DNA from: Heterodontus francisci
Taxonomy: Eukaryota
Reading direction: 5' to 3'
Length of the DNA stretch: 64,000 nucleotides
Assembly: GCF_036365525.1 (NCBI RefSeq)
Contig: NC_090399.1
Location: 66,830,862-66,894,861 of the forward strand
The stretch's first letter is position 1. Every line of letters begins with the position of its first letter. The notes below the pieces were generated by a model. That model searched no databases and was not told where the DNA came from. It saw only the letters and a program-made list of their open reading frames with translations. Positions 62,701 through 64,000 of this stretch are shown piece by piece. The position numbers were made by a program, and so were the translations under genes.

Positions 62701-64000
62701 GTTTTGGGGTTTATTTCCAGGGGCTCTGTGTTGCGTTGGGGTTTATTTACAGGGTCTCTGTTGTGTTGGGGTTTATTTACAGGGGCTCTGTGTTGTGTTG
62801 TGTTGGGGTTTATTTACAGGGGCTCTGTGTTGTGTTGGGGTTTATTTACAGGGGCTCTGTGTTGTGTTGTTATGGGGTTTATTTACAGGGGCTCTGTTTT
62901 GTGTTGTGTTGGTCATTATTTACAGGGGCTCTGTGTTGTGTTGGGGTTTATTTACAGGGGCTCTGTGTTGTGTTGTTTTGGGGTTTATTTACAGGGGCTC
63001 TGTGTTGTGTTGTGGTTTATTTACAGGGGCTCTGTGTTGTGTTGGGGTTTATTTACAGGGACTCTGTTGTGTTGGGGTTTATTTACATGGGCTCTGTGTT
63101 GTGTTGTTTTGGGGTTTATTTACAGGGGCTCTGTGTTGTGTTGGGGTTTATTTACAGGGACTCTGTTGTGTTGGGGTTTATTTACAGGGACTCTGTTGTG
63201 TTGGGGTTTATTTACAGGGGCTCTGTGTTGTGTTGTGGTTTATTTACAGGGGCTCTGTGTTGTGTTGGGGTTTATTTACAGGGACTCTGTTGTGTTGGGG
63301 TTTATTTACAGGGGCTCTGTTTTGTGTTGTGTTGGGGTTTATTTACAGGGGCTCTGTGTTGTGTTGTTTTGGGGTATATTTACAGGGGCTCTGTGTGGTG
63401 TTGTGTTGGGGTTTATTTACAGGGGCTCTGTGTTGTTTTGGGGTTTATTTACAAAGGCACTGTGTTGTGTTGGGTTTATTTCCATGGGCTGTGTGTTGTG
63501 TTGGGGTGATTTCCAGGGATCTGTGTTGGTTTGGGGTTTATTTACAGGGGCTCTGTGTTGTGTTGGAGTTTATTTACAGGGACTCTGTTGTGTTGTGTTG
63601 GGGTTTATTTACAGGGGCTCTGAGTTGTGTTGTGTTGGAGTATATTTACAGGGACTGTGTGTTGTGTTGGGGTTTATTTACAGGGACTCTGTTGTGTTGC
63701 GGTTTATTTACAGGGGCTCTGTGTTGTGTTGGGGTAAATTTACAGGGGCTCTGTGTTGTGTTGGGGTTTATTTACAGGGAATCTGTTGTGTTGGGGTTTA
63801 TTTACAGGGGCTCTGTGTTGTTTTGGGGTAAATTTACAGGGGTTCTGTGTTGTGTTGGGGTTTATTTACAGGGGCTCTGTTGTGTTGGGGTTTATTTACA
63901 GGGGCTCTTTGTTGTGTTGTGTTGGGGTTTATTTACAGGGCCTCTGTGTTGTGTTGGGGTTTATTTACAGGGGCTCTGTGTTGTGTTGTTTTGGGGTTTA
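14728..64000. repeat. Large G/T-rich satellite array of 30/32/37-bp monomers (~1,500 copies) with kb-scale higher-order repeats; runs off the window
   Basis: Consensus GGGGTTTATTTACAGGGGCTCTGTGTTGTGTT, with length variants from +/-TG and +GTGTT. Uninterrupted for >49 kb. Confidence 0.99.

Noticed and set aside
14601-63831. Giant Cys/Val/Gly/Leu-rich ORFs up to 1844 aa
   Set aside because: The satellite consensus has no stop codon in any + frame; ORFs overlap in all three frames with the same peptides, so they are artefacts.
14728-64000. Telomeric repeat (TTGGGG or TTACAGG-like words)
   Set aside because: No (TTAGGG)n array; the resemblance to ciliate or fission-yeast telomere words is probably coincidental.

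Overview
Eukaryotic, vertebrate DNA, most likely a cartilaginous fish (inferred from the MHC class I leader peptide and the CR1/Penelope/Tx1 repeat content). The only host-gene material is MHC class I heavy-chain sequence. On the minus strand are an alpha1 exon (5236-5496) and an alpha2 exon (2420-2692) that carries a premature TGA; several peptide-anchoring residues are substituted, so this looks like a nonclassical, probably pseudogenised copy. On the PLUS strand are a class I-type promoter (ISRE-like/S-X1-X2-Y/CCAAT) and a signal-peptide exon (6992-7040), so the 5' end points away from the alpha1/alpha2 exons. The rest is repetitive: CR1 LINE fragments, Penelope-like fragments with minimal hammerhead-ribozyme motifs, a Tx1-like LINE remnant that seeded two minisatellites, several exon-adjacent minisatellites, and a satellite of >49 kb built from 30/32/37-bp monomers (about 14730 to the window end) with higher-order structure. 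All long ORFs in the ORF track are repeat artefacts.
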